Shown: positions 9,181 to 18,105, counted from the stretch's first letter. The stretch: DNA of 64,000 nt from a candidate division WOR-3 bacterium (GCA_016930175.1 JAFGHJ010000046.1:1073-65072); one strand, 5' to 3'. Translations and numbers: made by a program. The notes: a model not told the origin generated them from the sequence alone.

Positions 9181-10920
9181 ATGCTATTAATTATACTAAG
9201 CGTAATGTATTTTGAATCAAAAGGAATAACCGTAACAGCAGACAGATTTGAACATCTCCCCTATCAAGTTGAAGTAATTGAAATTGAAGACATGCTTACA
9301 ATAGATGAATTAGGCGAAATACTGGAAAAAGAAGCAGGAGTTAAAATATACGGAAATGGCGATCCGAGTTCACTAACACAGGCAGCAGTGCACGGATATA
9401 CCGCCAAACATACACTTGTAATGTTAAACGGACATAGAATAAGTGACCCAAAAACAGGCGGATTAGACCTTTCTACATTCCCTTTAAGCGCAGTAAAGAA
9501 AATTGAAATAGTCAAAGGTTCATCTTCGGTATTTCAGGGTTCTAATGCAATTGGTGGGATTATAAACCTTGTTACCGGAAAAGAGACTAATGACATTAAA
9601 TTTCAGGGAAATACGAATTCCGCTTTAGGAGCAAATCTTCAGCTATACAAATTCGGCGTAAACGGAAATTTAAACCTTAAAAAAGGCGAAGGACAGAGGA
9701 GCAATACTGATTTTAAACATTATTCACTAGCTTTTAATTGGAATGATTTAAATTTTACCGGCAGTTATAAAGATCTCGGCGTACCCGGTGCTCTACCAGA
9801 CAGCGGTTTAATTCCAATATTTGGAGATTCAAGCGCAACCTCTCTTTTCGATAACCAGCAAACGCAATTTGCAGACCTCTCGTACAGCAAAATCTTTACG
9901 AACGGGGATATCGGTATACTAATAGAACCCGCAATAACCGGAGAATTGATTAAATATAACTATAAATACTCAGATTTTTTGACGGGAGACGAAATTACGC
10001 AAAACGACGAGTATAAATCCGCTGCAGGTCAATTCAATACAAAATTGTTATACAAAATGTTTACTATATCCATGAATCTTGAGAAAGATAAAGTATGGAT
10101 AGAACAATATAACCCTGGCTACAACAATTCTTTTTCATTTGAAGAGGAAAAAGCAGGAATAGTACTTTCGCTTTTCCATAAAAAGGAAAAGATAAATGTA
10201 TTTGCTTCAGCAAGAGAAGACTGGTACGGAAGCTTTGGATTACATCCATCCTTCACAATAGGAAGCAGAATCACCAGTCCTATCGAGATTTTCGCATCGG
10301 TAGGCTCCGGATTTCAGGCTCCAACACTCTACGATCTTTATTATCCAGACTTTTCTAACGCAGAACTTAAACCCGAACACTCTATCTCGTTAAACGGCGG
10401 ATTTAAAATAAAATACATTACAATCTCCGGATATATAGAGGAAATACATGACAGAATAGCGCTCGACGAAAACTGGCTACCGCAAAATATAGCCAAAAGC
10501 AGAATATTCGGAATCGACATAGAAGCCGACGGAGAATATAAAGACTTATCATATTCATTAATATATTCTTACCTCGACGGATATGACGAAGAAAACCGAA
10601 CAAAAAGAGAACTTCAGCATCAACCAAAACACTCTATCGCGGGTATTCTTTCTTACGAAGGTCCGATATCCGTCGAAGTATCGGGAAAGTGGACAGGAGA
10701 GAGAAAAAGATGGTTCTCGTTCGGAGGATGGAAAATAGAGAACCCTGCTTTCATCATCGATTTAGGAATAAGTAAAACTTTTAATGATTTTTCTGTGGGT
10801 TTTACAGTCGAAAATCTATTAAACACCGAATACATCGCGAGTTTCGGAAGCTCATACACAGACAGGGATTATCCTGGAATGGGAAGATACATAAGTTTTT
10901 GGGGCAAATACTCTTTATAA
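9181..10920 (+). CDS. btuB: TonB-dependent outer-membrane vitamin B12 receptor (BtuB-like)
   Basis: ITVTADRFEH (compare E. coli BtuB TonB box/plug VTANRFEQ), plug motifs LVMLNGHRI and NAIGGIINLVT, a beta-barrel body and a C-terminal aromatic residue. Sits downstream of the B12 riboswitch. AAAGGAGG RBS. Only 15 aa precede the TonB box. Confidence 0.85.
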   Translation: MLLIILSVMYFESKGITVTADRFEHLPYQVEVIEIEDMLTIDELGEILEKEAGVKIYGNGDPSSLTQAAVHGYTAKHTLVMLNGHRISDPKTGGLDLSTFPLSAVKKIEIVKGSSSVFQGSNAIGGIINLVTGKETNDIKFQGNTNSALGANLQLYKFGVNGNLNLKKGEGQRSNTDFKHYSLAFNWNDLNFTGSYKDLGVPGALPDSGLIPIFGDSSATSLFDNQQTQFADLSYSKIFTNGDIGILIEPAITGELIKYNYKYSDFLTGDEITQNDEYKSAAGQFNTKLLYKMFTISMNLEKDKVWIEQYNPGYNNSFSFEEEKAGIVLSLFHKKEKINVFASAREDWYGSFGLHPSFTIGSRITSPIEIFASVGSGFQAPTLYDLYYPDFSNAELKPEHSISLNGGFKIKYITISGYIEEIHDRIALDENWLPQNIAKSRIFGIDIEADGEYKDLSYSLIYSYLDGYDEENRTKRELQHQPKHSIAGILSYEGPISVEVSGKWTGERKRWFSFGGWKIENPAFIIDLGISKTFNDFSVGFTVENLLNTEYIASFGSSYTDRDYPGMGRYISFWGKYSL

Positions 10921-11137
10921 ATCCACATCGCGATTTTAAACGACAAACAACAATGAGTAAATCCGATGAAATGCAAAAATTAAATATTAAAATGTAAAAT
11001 TACAAATTAAAGTTTAAAAATTAAAAAAAAGAGGAAAACTTTGTCGGAGTACTCAACTATAGTTTTCTCTTCTTATCTTTGCATTTTCAAATGTCATTTT
11101 GCTTTTTGATTTTTGATATTTAATTTAATAATGGGGG

Positions 11138-11165
11138 TTGACAAATAATAAAAACCGATTATTAT
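11138..11165 (+). promoter_or_regulatory. Dedicated promoter for the 5S rRNA gene (TTGACA, 16 nt spacer, TATTAT)
   Basis: Consensus hexamers ending about 6 nt before the 5S 5' end. Confidence 0.45.
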
Positions 11166-11170
11166 CTCAT

Positions 11171-11288
11171 TGCTCGGTGGCCATAACGGAGAGGACATAC
11201 CCGTTCCCATTCCGAACACGGAAGTCAAGCTCTCCTGTGCTTATGGTATTGCCCTTTCGGGGGTGAGAGAGTAGGTCGCTGCCGGGCT
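11171..11288 (+). rRNA. rrf: 5S ribosomal RNA (stand-alone; no 16S or 23S in this window)
   Basis: UGCUCGGUGGCCAUAACGGAGAGG...CCGAACACGGAAGUCAAGC...GAGAGUAGGUCGCUGCCGGGCU matches universal 5S motifs. Followed by a T-run (11289-11300). Confidence 0.9.
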
Positions 11289-11300
11289 TTTTTATTTTTA

Positions 11301-11360
11301 CCCCCACCCCACCCCAGTAACTGGACGCAGATTAACGCAGATCAGAAAGGATTTTTATTC
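11301..11360 (+). repeat. Repeat copy 2: CCCCCACCCCACCCC tract then GGACGCAGATTAACGCAGAT-CAGAAAGGATTTTT
   Basis: Direct repeat of 9008-9060. Forms a perfect 20 bp inverted repeat with 11836-11855. Confidence 0.5.
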
Positions 11361-11487
11361 TATATTTTTAAGAACTTTCACTAAATGAAATTCTCGACAA
11401 TAAATATAAATTACTTAAACTTAACAAAAAAAATAACATAATTATTTTACGGATATTCAAGAAGCCATTCAAAAAGCCGAAAAATTA

Positions 11488-11826
11488 ATGCCGGGTATTA
11501 CTGCAATAAAAGGAGATATTGATCCCCGATGGCAAGCTATTATCGATATCAGTGTATATATAGAATCAAATCCAAAAGAAATATGGGATTTTGTTGTTCG
11601 TTGGGGCCAACATGAAGACGAAAATATACGTAATGCTATTTCAACTTGCCTTTTAGAACACCTTCTTGAATATCATTTCAAACAAATTTTTCCGAAAGTT
11701 GAGGAATTAGTCCGTAAAAGTAGACTGTTTGCTAATACATTCTGTAAATGTTGGAAATTCGGACAATCCGAGGAACCGGAAAACTCAATTAAAATTGATC
11801 AACTTAAAAAAGAATTTTGTTCTTAA
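11488..11826 (+). CDS. Hypothetical small protein (112 aa) enclosed by 20 bp perfect inverted repeats
   Basis: ORF MPGITAIKGDIDPRWQAI...CLLEHLLEYHF... with no recognisable family. Flanked by GGACGCAGATTAACGCAGAT at 11323-11342 and its reverse complement at 11836-11855. Confidence 0.45.
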   Translation: MPGITAIKGDIDPRWQAIIDISVYIESNPKEIWDFVVRWGQHEDENIRNAISTCLLEHLLEYHFKQIFPKVEELVRKSRLFANTFCKCWKFGQSEEPENSIKIDQLKKEFCS

Positions 11827-11831
11827 ATTCT

Positions 11832-11858
11832 GAAAATCTGCGTTAATCTGCGTCCCAA
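11832..11858 (-). repeat. Repeat copy 3 (inverted): reverse complement of GGACGCAGATTAACGCAGAT
   Basis: ATCTGCGTTAATCTGCGTCC at 11836-11855 is the reverse complement of 11323-11342. Lies between the small ORF and the asnA 3' end. Confidence 0.5.
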
Positions 11859-12908
11859 TTAAAGCAAAAAGATATTATTTTTCTCGCAGGCCCGGACCAT
11901 CTCATCCGGCCACACACCGCATTGAACTTCCCCGATATGCGCTTTCTGAAGAAACAGCATACAAAGACGGGATTGCCCAATCCCGCCACCTATTGAAAGA
12001 GGTAATCTACCTTCTAAAAGCATTTTATGCCACATCAATTCTTTCCTATCAAGAGTATCTGTAATTTCAAGCTGTCTAAGCAAAGATTCTTTATCGACTC
12101 TTATACCCATAGAAGAGATTTCAAAACCTATCTCCAAAACAGGATTCCAAACAAAAATATCACCATTTAACCCTTTGGTATTTTCACCTGTAGGCGTGGT
12201 CCAATCATCATAATCCGGAGCTCTTCCATCGTGCGGTTTGCCATCTGCCAATTCACCACCTATACCAATGACAAAAACAGCTCCTTTCTCTTTTGTTATA
12301 GCATCTTCCCTATCTCTCGGGTTAAGTTCAGGATACCTTTCCTGTAATTCTTCGCTGTGTATAAAAGATATTTCATCACGGAGGAATGGCTGTAACTGGG
12401 GAAATTTTTTATAAACAACCAGTTCCGTTTCTTTCAAAACTTCATATATTTTTCTTACTATATTTTTTAGAAAATCTAAATTTCTTTCTTCTTTAGATAT
12501 TACCCTCTCCCAATCCCATTGATCTACATAAACAGAGTGCAAATTATCTAAAACCTCGTCTCTTCTAATGGCGTTCATATCAGTATATAAACCACTGCCT
12601 TCCGTAAAGCCATATCTGGCTAAAGCTAATCTCTTCCATTTCGCAAGAGATTGAACAATCTCGGCTTCCACATTGGATATATTTTTCAAATCAAAAGAAA
12701 CCGGTCTCTCGATTCCGTTAAGATCATCGTTAATTCCGGTACCGGCAGCTACAAATAAAGGAGCGCTGACTCTTTGCAAATTCAATTGATTCGCAAGCTC
12801 TACTTCGAAGCAGTCTTTAACTAATTTAATTGCTTCTTCAGTCTCTTTCAAATCTAAATGATTAACATAGTTCTTCGGAATTTTCAAATCCATTCCATCC
12901 TCCTCCAC
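11859..12908 (-). CDS. asnA: Aspartate--ammonia ligase (asparagine synthetase A)
   Basis: Strong matches to recalled AsnA sequence: SLAKWKRLALARYGF, LHSVYVDQWDWERVI, SSMGIRVD, GGGIGQSRLCMLFLQ. The start may instead be the internal Met 5 codons downstream. Confidence 0.9.
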   Translation of the reverse strand: MEEDGMDLKIPKNYVNHLDLKETEEAIKLVKDCFEVELANQLNLQRVSAPLFVAAGTGINDDLNGIERPVSFDLKNISNVEAEIVQSLAKWKRLALARYGFTEGSGLYTDMNAIRRDEVLDNLHSVYVDQWDWERVISKEERNLDFLKNIVRKIYEVLKETELVVYKKFPQLQPFLRDEISFIHSEELQERYPELNPRDREDAITKEKGAVFVIGIGGELADGKPHDGRAPDYDDWTTPTGENTKGLNGDIFVWNPVLEIGFEISSMGIRVDKESLLRQLEITDTLDRKELMWHKMLLEGRLPLSIGGGIGQSRLCMLFLQKAHIGEVQCGVWPDEMVRACEKNNIFLL

Positions 12909-13006
12909 TTATGATCAAATTACTTTAATTCGTTTTTTTACTAAAACAAAATTGGGTGTGGTCGGGTAATCTGGTGTCAATCTGTGTAATCTCGTGGTAA
13001 AATAGT

Positions 13007-16000
13007 CTATTCATACTCATCCCAGCTCTTGATCTTCAAATCCCTCAATGAAGTTTTTTGCATCGCTTCTACCAATCTTTTTGCCACTTGTAAATCCGTA
13101 ATAAGAGGAACGTTAAAATCTATAGCCTGACGTCTTATAAGATAGTCGTTATCAAGCTCTTCTTTCTCTATATTTTTTGGTATGTTTATAACCATATCGA
13201 TTTTTCCGTCAGAAATGTAACTTAGAATATTCGGCTCTTTACTTTCGGACGGCCAATGAAGAACTTTTGAATCGATTCCATTATCTTTCATAAATTCTGC
13301 AGTCCCTTTAGTTGCATAAAGCTTGAATCCCATATTCTTTAGAATCTTTGTACTTTCCAATAATTCAGCTTTACTGTCGATTGGTCCCGTAGAGAGCAAT
13401 ATTGTCTTTTTCGGTCTCCTAAAGCCAACAGAAATAAAACTCTTCAAGAACGCTTCGTTAAAATCATCACCCAGACATCCCACTTCACCGGTAGAAGCCA
13501 TTTCTACGCCAAGAATAGGATCCGATCCTTTAAGACGTGAAAATGAAAACTGAGGAGCTTTAACACCTACATAATCAAGGTCAAAAGCTGAATTCGTGAG
13601 AGCAGGTACATCCTTTCCCATAATTATACGTGTTGCCGCGTCGATAAAGTTTATCTTAAGGAACTTGGAAACAAAGGGAAAACTTCTCGATACTCTCAAA
13701 TTACACTCTATAACTCTTACCTCATTATCTTTAGCTATAAATTGGATATTGAAAGGACCCGTTATTTTTAGAGCCTTCGCTATCTTCCTGGCAATCACCT
13801 TGATTCTTCTCATTGTCTCGAGGTAAGTCCTCTGAGGGGGAAGAACCATTGTCGCATCACCCGAATGAACACCTGCGTTTTCAACATGTTCAGATATCGC
13901 ATAACAATAAAGTTCTCCTTTATTGGCAACAGCGTCTATTTCGATTTCTTTAGCACCGGTAATAAATTTACTAATTACCACAGGGTGTTCTTTATTTACT
14001 TCTGAAGCTCTTTTTAGATATCCACCTAATTCATCCTCGCTTAAAACTATACTCATAGCTGCACCGCTTAAGACATAACTCGGTCGAACCAGAACCGGGT
14101 ATCCGACTTTCTTTGCGAATTTTTCCGCTTCTTTAATTGTTGTAACTTCCTTCCATTCCGGCTGGTCAATACCAAGCTTATCCAGTAACTTCGAAAACTT
14201 GTGCCTGTCTTCAGCATTATCAATAGAAATCGGTGATGTTCCAAGTACTTTTACGCCATTCTTATGTAAAGGCAGAGCAAGGTTATTCGCAATCTGTCCG
14301 CCTACCGAAACTATAACTCCAAGAGGACTTTCTTTATCATATATATCCATAACTCTTTCAAATGTTATTTCATCGAAATAAAGTTTATCGCAAATATCAT
14401 AATCCGTACTTACCGTCTCCGGATTATAATTTATCATTATAGCTTTATACCCCAACTCTCTAAGCGTCGTAACAGAATTAACACAACACCAATCAAATTC
14501 TACAGAAGAACCGATCCGGTAAGCTCCACCCCCCAAAACAACAACCTGATTTTTCTCCTTAAACTCAAGATCATCTTCAGAAGCATTATAAGTCAAATAC
14601 AAATAATTGGTTTTAGCAGGATATTCCGCAGCCAGAGTATCTATCTGATTAACATAAGGGATAATTTTTTTCTTCTTTCTAATTTCTCTTACTTTAAGTT
14701 CATTAGAATTAGTCAAGATAGCAATCTGTTTATCTGAAAAACCTTTCTGCTTGGCTTCTCTAAACAACTCTTTTGAAATCTTATCTATTTTTTTGCCTTT
14801 CAACTGCTTCTCTATATCGATTATATTTTTTATCTTATAGAGGAACCACGGATCAACACAAGAAATCTTGTATATCTTATCGATAGAATATCCTTTCTTT
14901 ATCGCTTCGGCAATAGCAAAAATTCTCTTGTCGGTAGGCTTCGCGAGCTCAGTATCCAAGTCATCGAATCCTATATCGTTACAAACAACCCCGTTCATAC
15001 CAACTTCCAACATCCGAATTGCCTTCTGTAAAACTTCTTCAAAACTCCTGGCAATAGCCATGACCTCGCCCACGGACTTCATTTCCGAACCGATATTGAG
15101 ACTTACTTTTCTAAACTTTTGGAGATCCCATCTGGGGTATTTTAGTACCACATAATCTATAGCAGGCTCGAAGCACGCGGAAGTCTCCTTTGTTATGGTA
15201 TTCTTCAACTCGGTTAAACCATATCCTAAAGCAAGTTTCGCCGCCACAAATGCAAGAGGATAACCTGTAGCTTTAGAAGCAAGAGCCGAACTTCTACTCA
15301 ATCTTGCATTAACTTCGATTATTCTGTAATCTCCGGACTGCGGGTCAAGAGCGTACTGGATATTACATTCTCCGACAATACCAAGATGCCTTATGACTTT
15401 AATAGTGAAAGCTCTCAATCTAAAATTTTCGGAGGCTGTAAGAGTCTGCACAGGAGCAGCTACAATACTTTCACCTGTATGAATCCCCATCGGGTCGACA
15501 TTTTCCATGGAACACACAACGATACAGTTATTGTAACAATCTCTAACTACCTCATATTCTATTTCTTTCCACCCGCCAAGATATTCTTCGACCAATATTT
15601 GTTTCGTAAAGGAAAAAGCTTTTTTCGCAATATCCCTTAAATCTTTTTCATTATAAGCAACACCGGAACCTAACCCTCCTAAAGCGTATGCTATTCTCAC
15701 TATAACCGGATATCCTATTTTATTTCCAACTTTAACAGCTTCCTCAACCGTATTAACAGCCTTACTTTTAGGAACTTTAAGATTTATCTCCGAAATCTTT
15801 TTTATAAATCGGGCCCTATCCTCGGTATCTAAAATAACTTCAACGGGTGTTCCAAGTACCTGGACGCCGTGTTTATCAAGTATTCCTTTCTCAGCTAATT
15901 CTGCTCCGACATTCAAGCCGGTCTGTCCGCCAAAGGCAAGTAATATTCCGTCCGGCTTTTCCTTTTCGATTACCTGCTCAACAAAATAAACATCCAACGG

Positions 16001-16198
16001 CAAAAAGTAAATTTTATCGGTAAGATAGGAAGAAGTCTGAATCGTTGCTATATTTGGGTTAATCAGAACGGTTCTTATTCCTTCTTCTTTTAAAGCTTTA
16101 ATTGCCTGACTTCCGGAATAATCAAACTCACCAGCCTGACCTATTCTTATGGCACCGGACCCTAAAATTAGTGCTTTTTTTATCTTCTTTTTCAACAT
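13007..16198 (-). CDS. carB: Carbamoyl-phosphate synthase large subunit
   Basis: 1063 aa with duplicated ATP-grasp halves, an oligomerisation domain and a C-terminal MGS-like domain. Characteristic motifs throughout. Confidence 0.95.
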   Translation of the reverse strand: MLKKKIKKALILGSGAIRIGQAGEFDYSGSQAIKALKEEGIRTVLINPNIATIQTSSYLTDKIYFLPLDVYFVEQVIEKEKPDGILLAFGGQTGLNVGAELAEKGILDKHGVQVLGTPVEVILDTEDRARFIKKISEINLKVPKSKAVNTVEEAVKVGNKIGYPVIVRIAYALGGLGSGVAYNEKDLRDIAKKAFSFTKQILVEEYLGGWKEIEYEVVRDCYNNCIVVCSMENVDPMGIHTGESIVAAPVQTLTASENFRLRAFTIKVIRHLGIVGECNIQYALDPQSGDYRIIEVNARLSRSSALASKATGYPLAFVAAKLALGYGLTELKNTITKETSACFEPAIDYVVLKYPRWDLQKFRKVSLNIGSEMKSVGEVMAIARSFEEVLQKAIRMLEVGMNGVVCNDIGFDDLDTELAKPTDKRIFAIAEAIKKGYSIDKIYKISCVDPWFLYKIKNIIDIEKQLKGKKIDKISKELFREAKQKGFSDKQIAILTNSNELKVREIRKKKKIIPYVNQIDTLAAEYPAKTNYLYLTYNASEDDLEFKEKNQVVVLGGGAYRIGSSVEFDWCCVNSVTTLRELGYKAIMINYNPETVSTDYDICDKLYFDEITFERVMDIYDKESPLGVIVSVGGQIANNLALPLHKNGVKVLGTSPISIDNAEDRHKFSKLLDKLGIDQPEWKEVTTIKEAEKFAKKVGYPVLVRPSYVLSGAAMSIVLSEDELGGYLKRASEVNKEHPVVISKFITGAKEIEIDAVANKGELYCYAISEHVENAGVHSGDATMVLPPQRTYLETMRRIKVIARKIAKALKITGPFNIQFIAKDNEVRVIECNLRVSRSFPFVSKFLKINFIDAATRIIMGKDVPALTNSAFDLDYVGVKAPQFSFSRLKGSDPILGVEMASTGEVGCLGDDFNEAFLKSFISVGFRRPKKTILLSTGPIDSKAELLESTKILKNMGFKLYATKGTAEFMKDNGIDSKVLHWPSESKEPNILSYISDGKIDMVINIPKNIEKEELDNDYLIRRQAIDFNVPLITDLQVAKRLVEAMQKTSLRDLKIKSWDEYE

Positions 16199-17265
16199 AT
16201 TGACCTCACAAACATATCAAAAATAAATTCGGTATCGTCGGGACCGGGCGAAGCTTCCGGATGAAATTGAGAGCCAAAAAATGGTTTAGAAATATGAACT
16301 ATTCCCTCATTTGTTTCATCGTTGTTATTAAAGAACCACTCCCTCCAGTCCTCCTTTAAAGTTGCAGAATCAACTACATATCCATGATTCTGAGATGTAA
16401 TATAACACCTTTTAGTACCGACTTCCACACATGGTTGGTTTTGACCTCTATGTCCGTATTTCAACTTATAAGTATCCGCTCCTGCAGCAAGACCAAGAAT
16501 CTGAGACCCCAAACATATACCCAGGATAGGGATATTCATCGAAATAGCTTTCTTTACGTTTCCTATCGTAGCTTCGCATTTCTTAGGATCACCCGGTCCA
16601 TTCGAAATTAGCACACCATTAATTTTATCCTTGGTAAAGTCATAATTCCAGGGAAACCTTATTACAGTTATATCTCTGTTCAAAAAAGCTCTTATCACGT
16701 TATTCTTGACACCGCAATCTACCACAGCTACTTTTTTCTTACCTTTTTTATACTCCACAACCTCATTTATACTAACTTCAGCAACTAAGTTTCTTTCGTT
16801 TGGGTCCTCGAATTTGATCTTTTCATTACTAAAAATTATTTTTCCAAGCTGAGTTCCCTTTTCTCTCAGTTTCTTAGTCAACATTCTAGTATCTATATCA
16901 TATAAAGCGGGAATCTTATTTCCAACCAACCAATTTGCAAGAGATTTTTCGGCACTCCAGTGAGAATAATCCTTCGAAAGATCGGATATAATTAAACCTT
17001 GAATTTGAATCTTTTCAGACTCAAAGTTCTTTAATAATCCATCCTCTCTTTTATCTCCGGGAACACCATAATTACCTATTAAAGGATAAGTTAAAACAAG
17101 TATCTGTCCCTTATAAGAAGGGTCAGTCAAAGTCTCAGGATAACCCACCATACCTGTATTAAAAACGACCTCTCCGCTAACATCTTTCTCCCAACCGAAA
17201 GAAAAACCTTCGAAAACAGAACCGTCTTCCAAGACAAGTTTTGCTAATTTTCTTTTATTTGACAT
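16192..17265 (-). CDS. carA: Carbamoyl-phosphate synthase small (glutamine amidotransferase) subunit
   Basis: 357 aa with an N-terminal CPSase small-chain domain and a class I GATase catalytic Cys (ILGICLGSQ). Overlaps the carB start. Confidence 0.93.
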   Translation of the reverse strand: MSNKRKLAKLVLEDGSVFEGFSFGWEKDVSGEVVFNTGMVGYPETLTDPSYKGQILVLTYPLIGNYGVPGDKREDGLLKNFESEKIQIQGLIISDLSKDYSHWSAEKSLANWLVGNKIPALYDIDTRMLTKKLREKGTQLGKIIFSNEKIKFEDPNERNLVAEVSINEVVEYKKGKKKVAVVDCGVKNNVIRAFLNRDITVIRFPWNYDFTKDKINGVLISNGPGDPKKCEATIGNVKKAISMNIPILGICLGSQILGLAAGADTYKLKYGHRGQNQPCVEVGTKRCYITSQNHGYVVDSATLKEDWREWFFNNNDETNEGIVHISKPFFGSQFHPEASPGPDDTEFIFDMFVRSIC

Positions 17266-17319
17266 ATATTAACCTCTCCAGTAGATTGGTTTCTTTAAGA
17301 AAAAAAACTCCGGTAGAAT

Positions 17320-17347
17320 TCCAAAAAATATGCCTGGAACCAGGCAT
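17320..17347 (-). terminator. Hairpin plus U-tract on the minus strand, about 65 nt upstream of carA: intrinsic terminator of the upstream gene or attenuator of carAB
   Basis: Perfect palindrome ATGCCTGG-AA-CCAGGCAT (17330-17347). On the minus strand it is followed by AUUUUUUGG (17320-17329). Confidence 0.4.
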
Positions 17348-17518
17348 CGCATAATTTCTTTTACTTATTTTTAATATTTTCTTTTTGAACACTAATTAAC
17401 CCGTCTCGAATATATAAAATTTCCCCCCGATGTCAAGGGGTAAACTTTTAAAAAAAGTGAATAAATATTCATCAACAAGATTCTCCAAATATAGATGAGT
17501 GTACGCGATATTCTTTAA

Positions 17519-18046
17519 TTACTTTTGACCAATGGAATATTCGCTGCCAAATTGTTCATTAGCAAAATTAGATTTTTGCATTTTATTTACTTTAAAAGAA
17601 GTTGATACTAACATCGCTCCAAAGACTATAAGAAAGGTACCAATAACCAGGCGTACAATATGCAAATTCTTCCATTCCGAAAATACAATAAGGGCAAGCA
17701 GAACCGTAACAAAACATGCAGTACAATTCAAAGGAGAAATTATTGAAATCGGAGTATTATATTTAGTTAACGCCATTGCAACTAAAAGAACTCCGCACAC
17801 CCATGTTGCTCCAACAAGAAACGCATATATACCAGATTTAACGTTTATCGATTTATCTTCAAATAACACAAACGCTAAAATACTTACAATCAATGCGCCT
17901 ATCCCGGAAAAAAGTATAAGATAATTAAGACTTATTCCCTCTTGATTACTTGCTTTGACAAAAATCCCTCCTAGGCCAAATATAATAGCAGGCACTATAC
18001 CACCCACAATCATTCCTGTATAATTCGAATTCATCCTTTCCTCCAT
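17519..18046 (-). CDS. Small polytopic membrane protein (5 TM; EamA/DMT-like half-transporter fold suspected)
   Basis: 175 aa, highly hydrophobic with regularly spaced TM helices. No further family signal. Confidence 0.5.
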   Translation of the reverse strand: MEERMNSNYTGMIVGGIVPAIIFGLGGIFVKASNQEGISLNYLILFSGIGALIVSILAFVLFEDKSINVKSGIYAFLVGATWVCGVLLVAMALTKYNTPISIISPLNCTACFVTVLLALIVFSEWKNLHIVRLVIGTFLIVFGAMLVSTSFKVNKMQKSNFANEQFGSEYSIGQK

Positions 18047-18105
18047 TGTATGTTATTTTAATAAGAAAGCAAGCTTTTCAGCTTTCCGAAGAATATCAGA
18101 TTCTG

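Noticed and set aside
8906-9190. 94 aa ORF upstream of btuB
   Set aside because: It overlaps the end of the preceding gene and the repeat element. The composition is low-complexity (K/N/P-rich) and there is no RBS or homology. Likely spurious.
11301-11315. CCCCCACCCCACCCC tract as a G-quadruplex or i-motif element
   Set aside because: Only three G-runs are on the complementary strand, so it is not a canonical intramolecular G4. Reported only as part of the repeat unit.
13323-15640. Several 60-95 aa plus-strand ORFs inside carB (13323-13553, 13596-13826, 14199-14381, 14868-15155, 15386-15640)
   Set aside because: They lie antisense to a highly conserved 1063 aa gene and are typical shadow ORFs.
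17532-17924. 130 aa plus-strand ORF
   Set aside because: Antisense to the 175 aa membrane-protein gene (17519-18046), which has the coherent hydrophobic periodicity. The plus-strand product has none.
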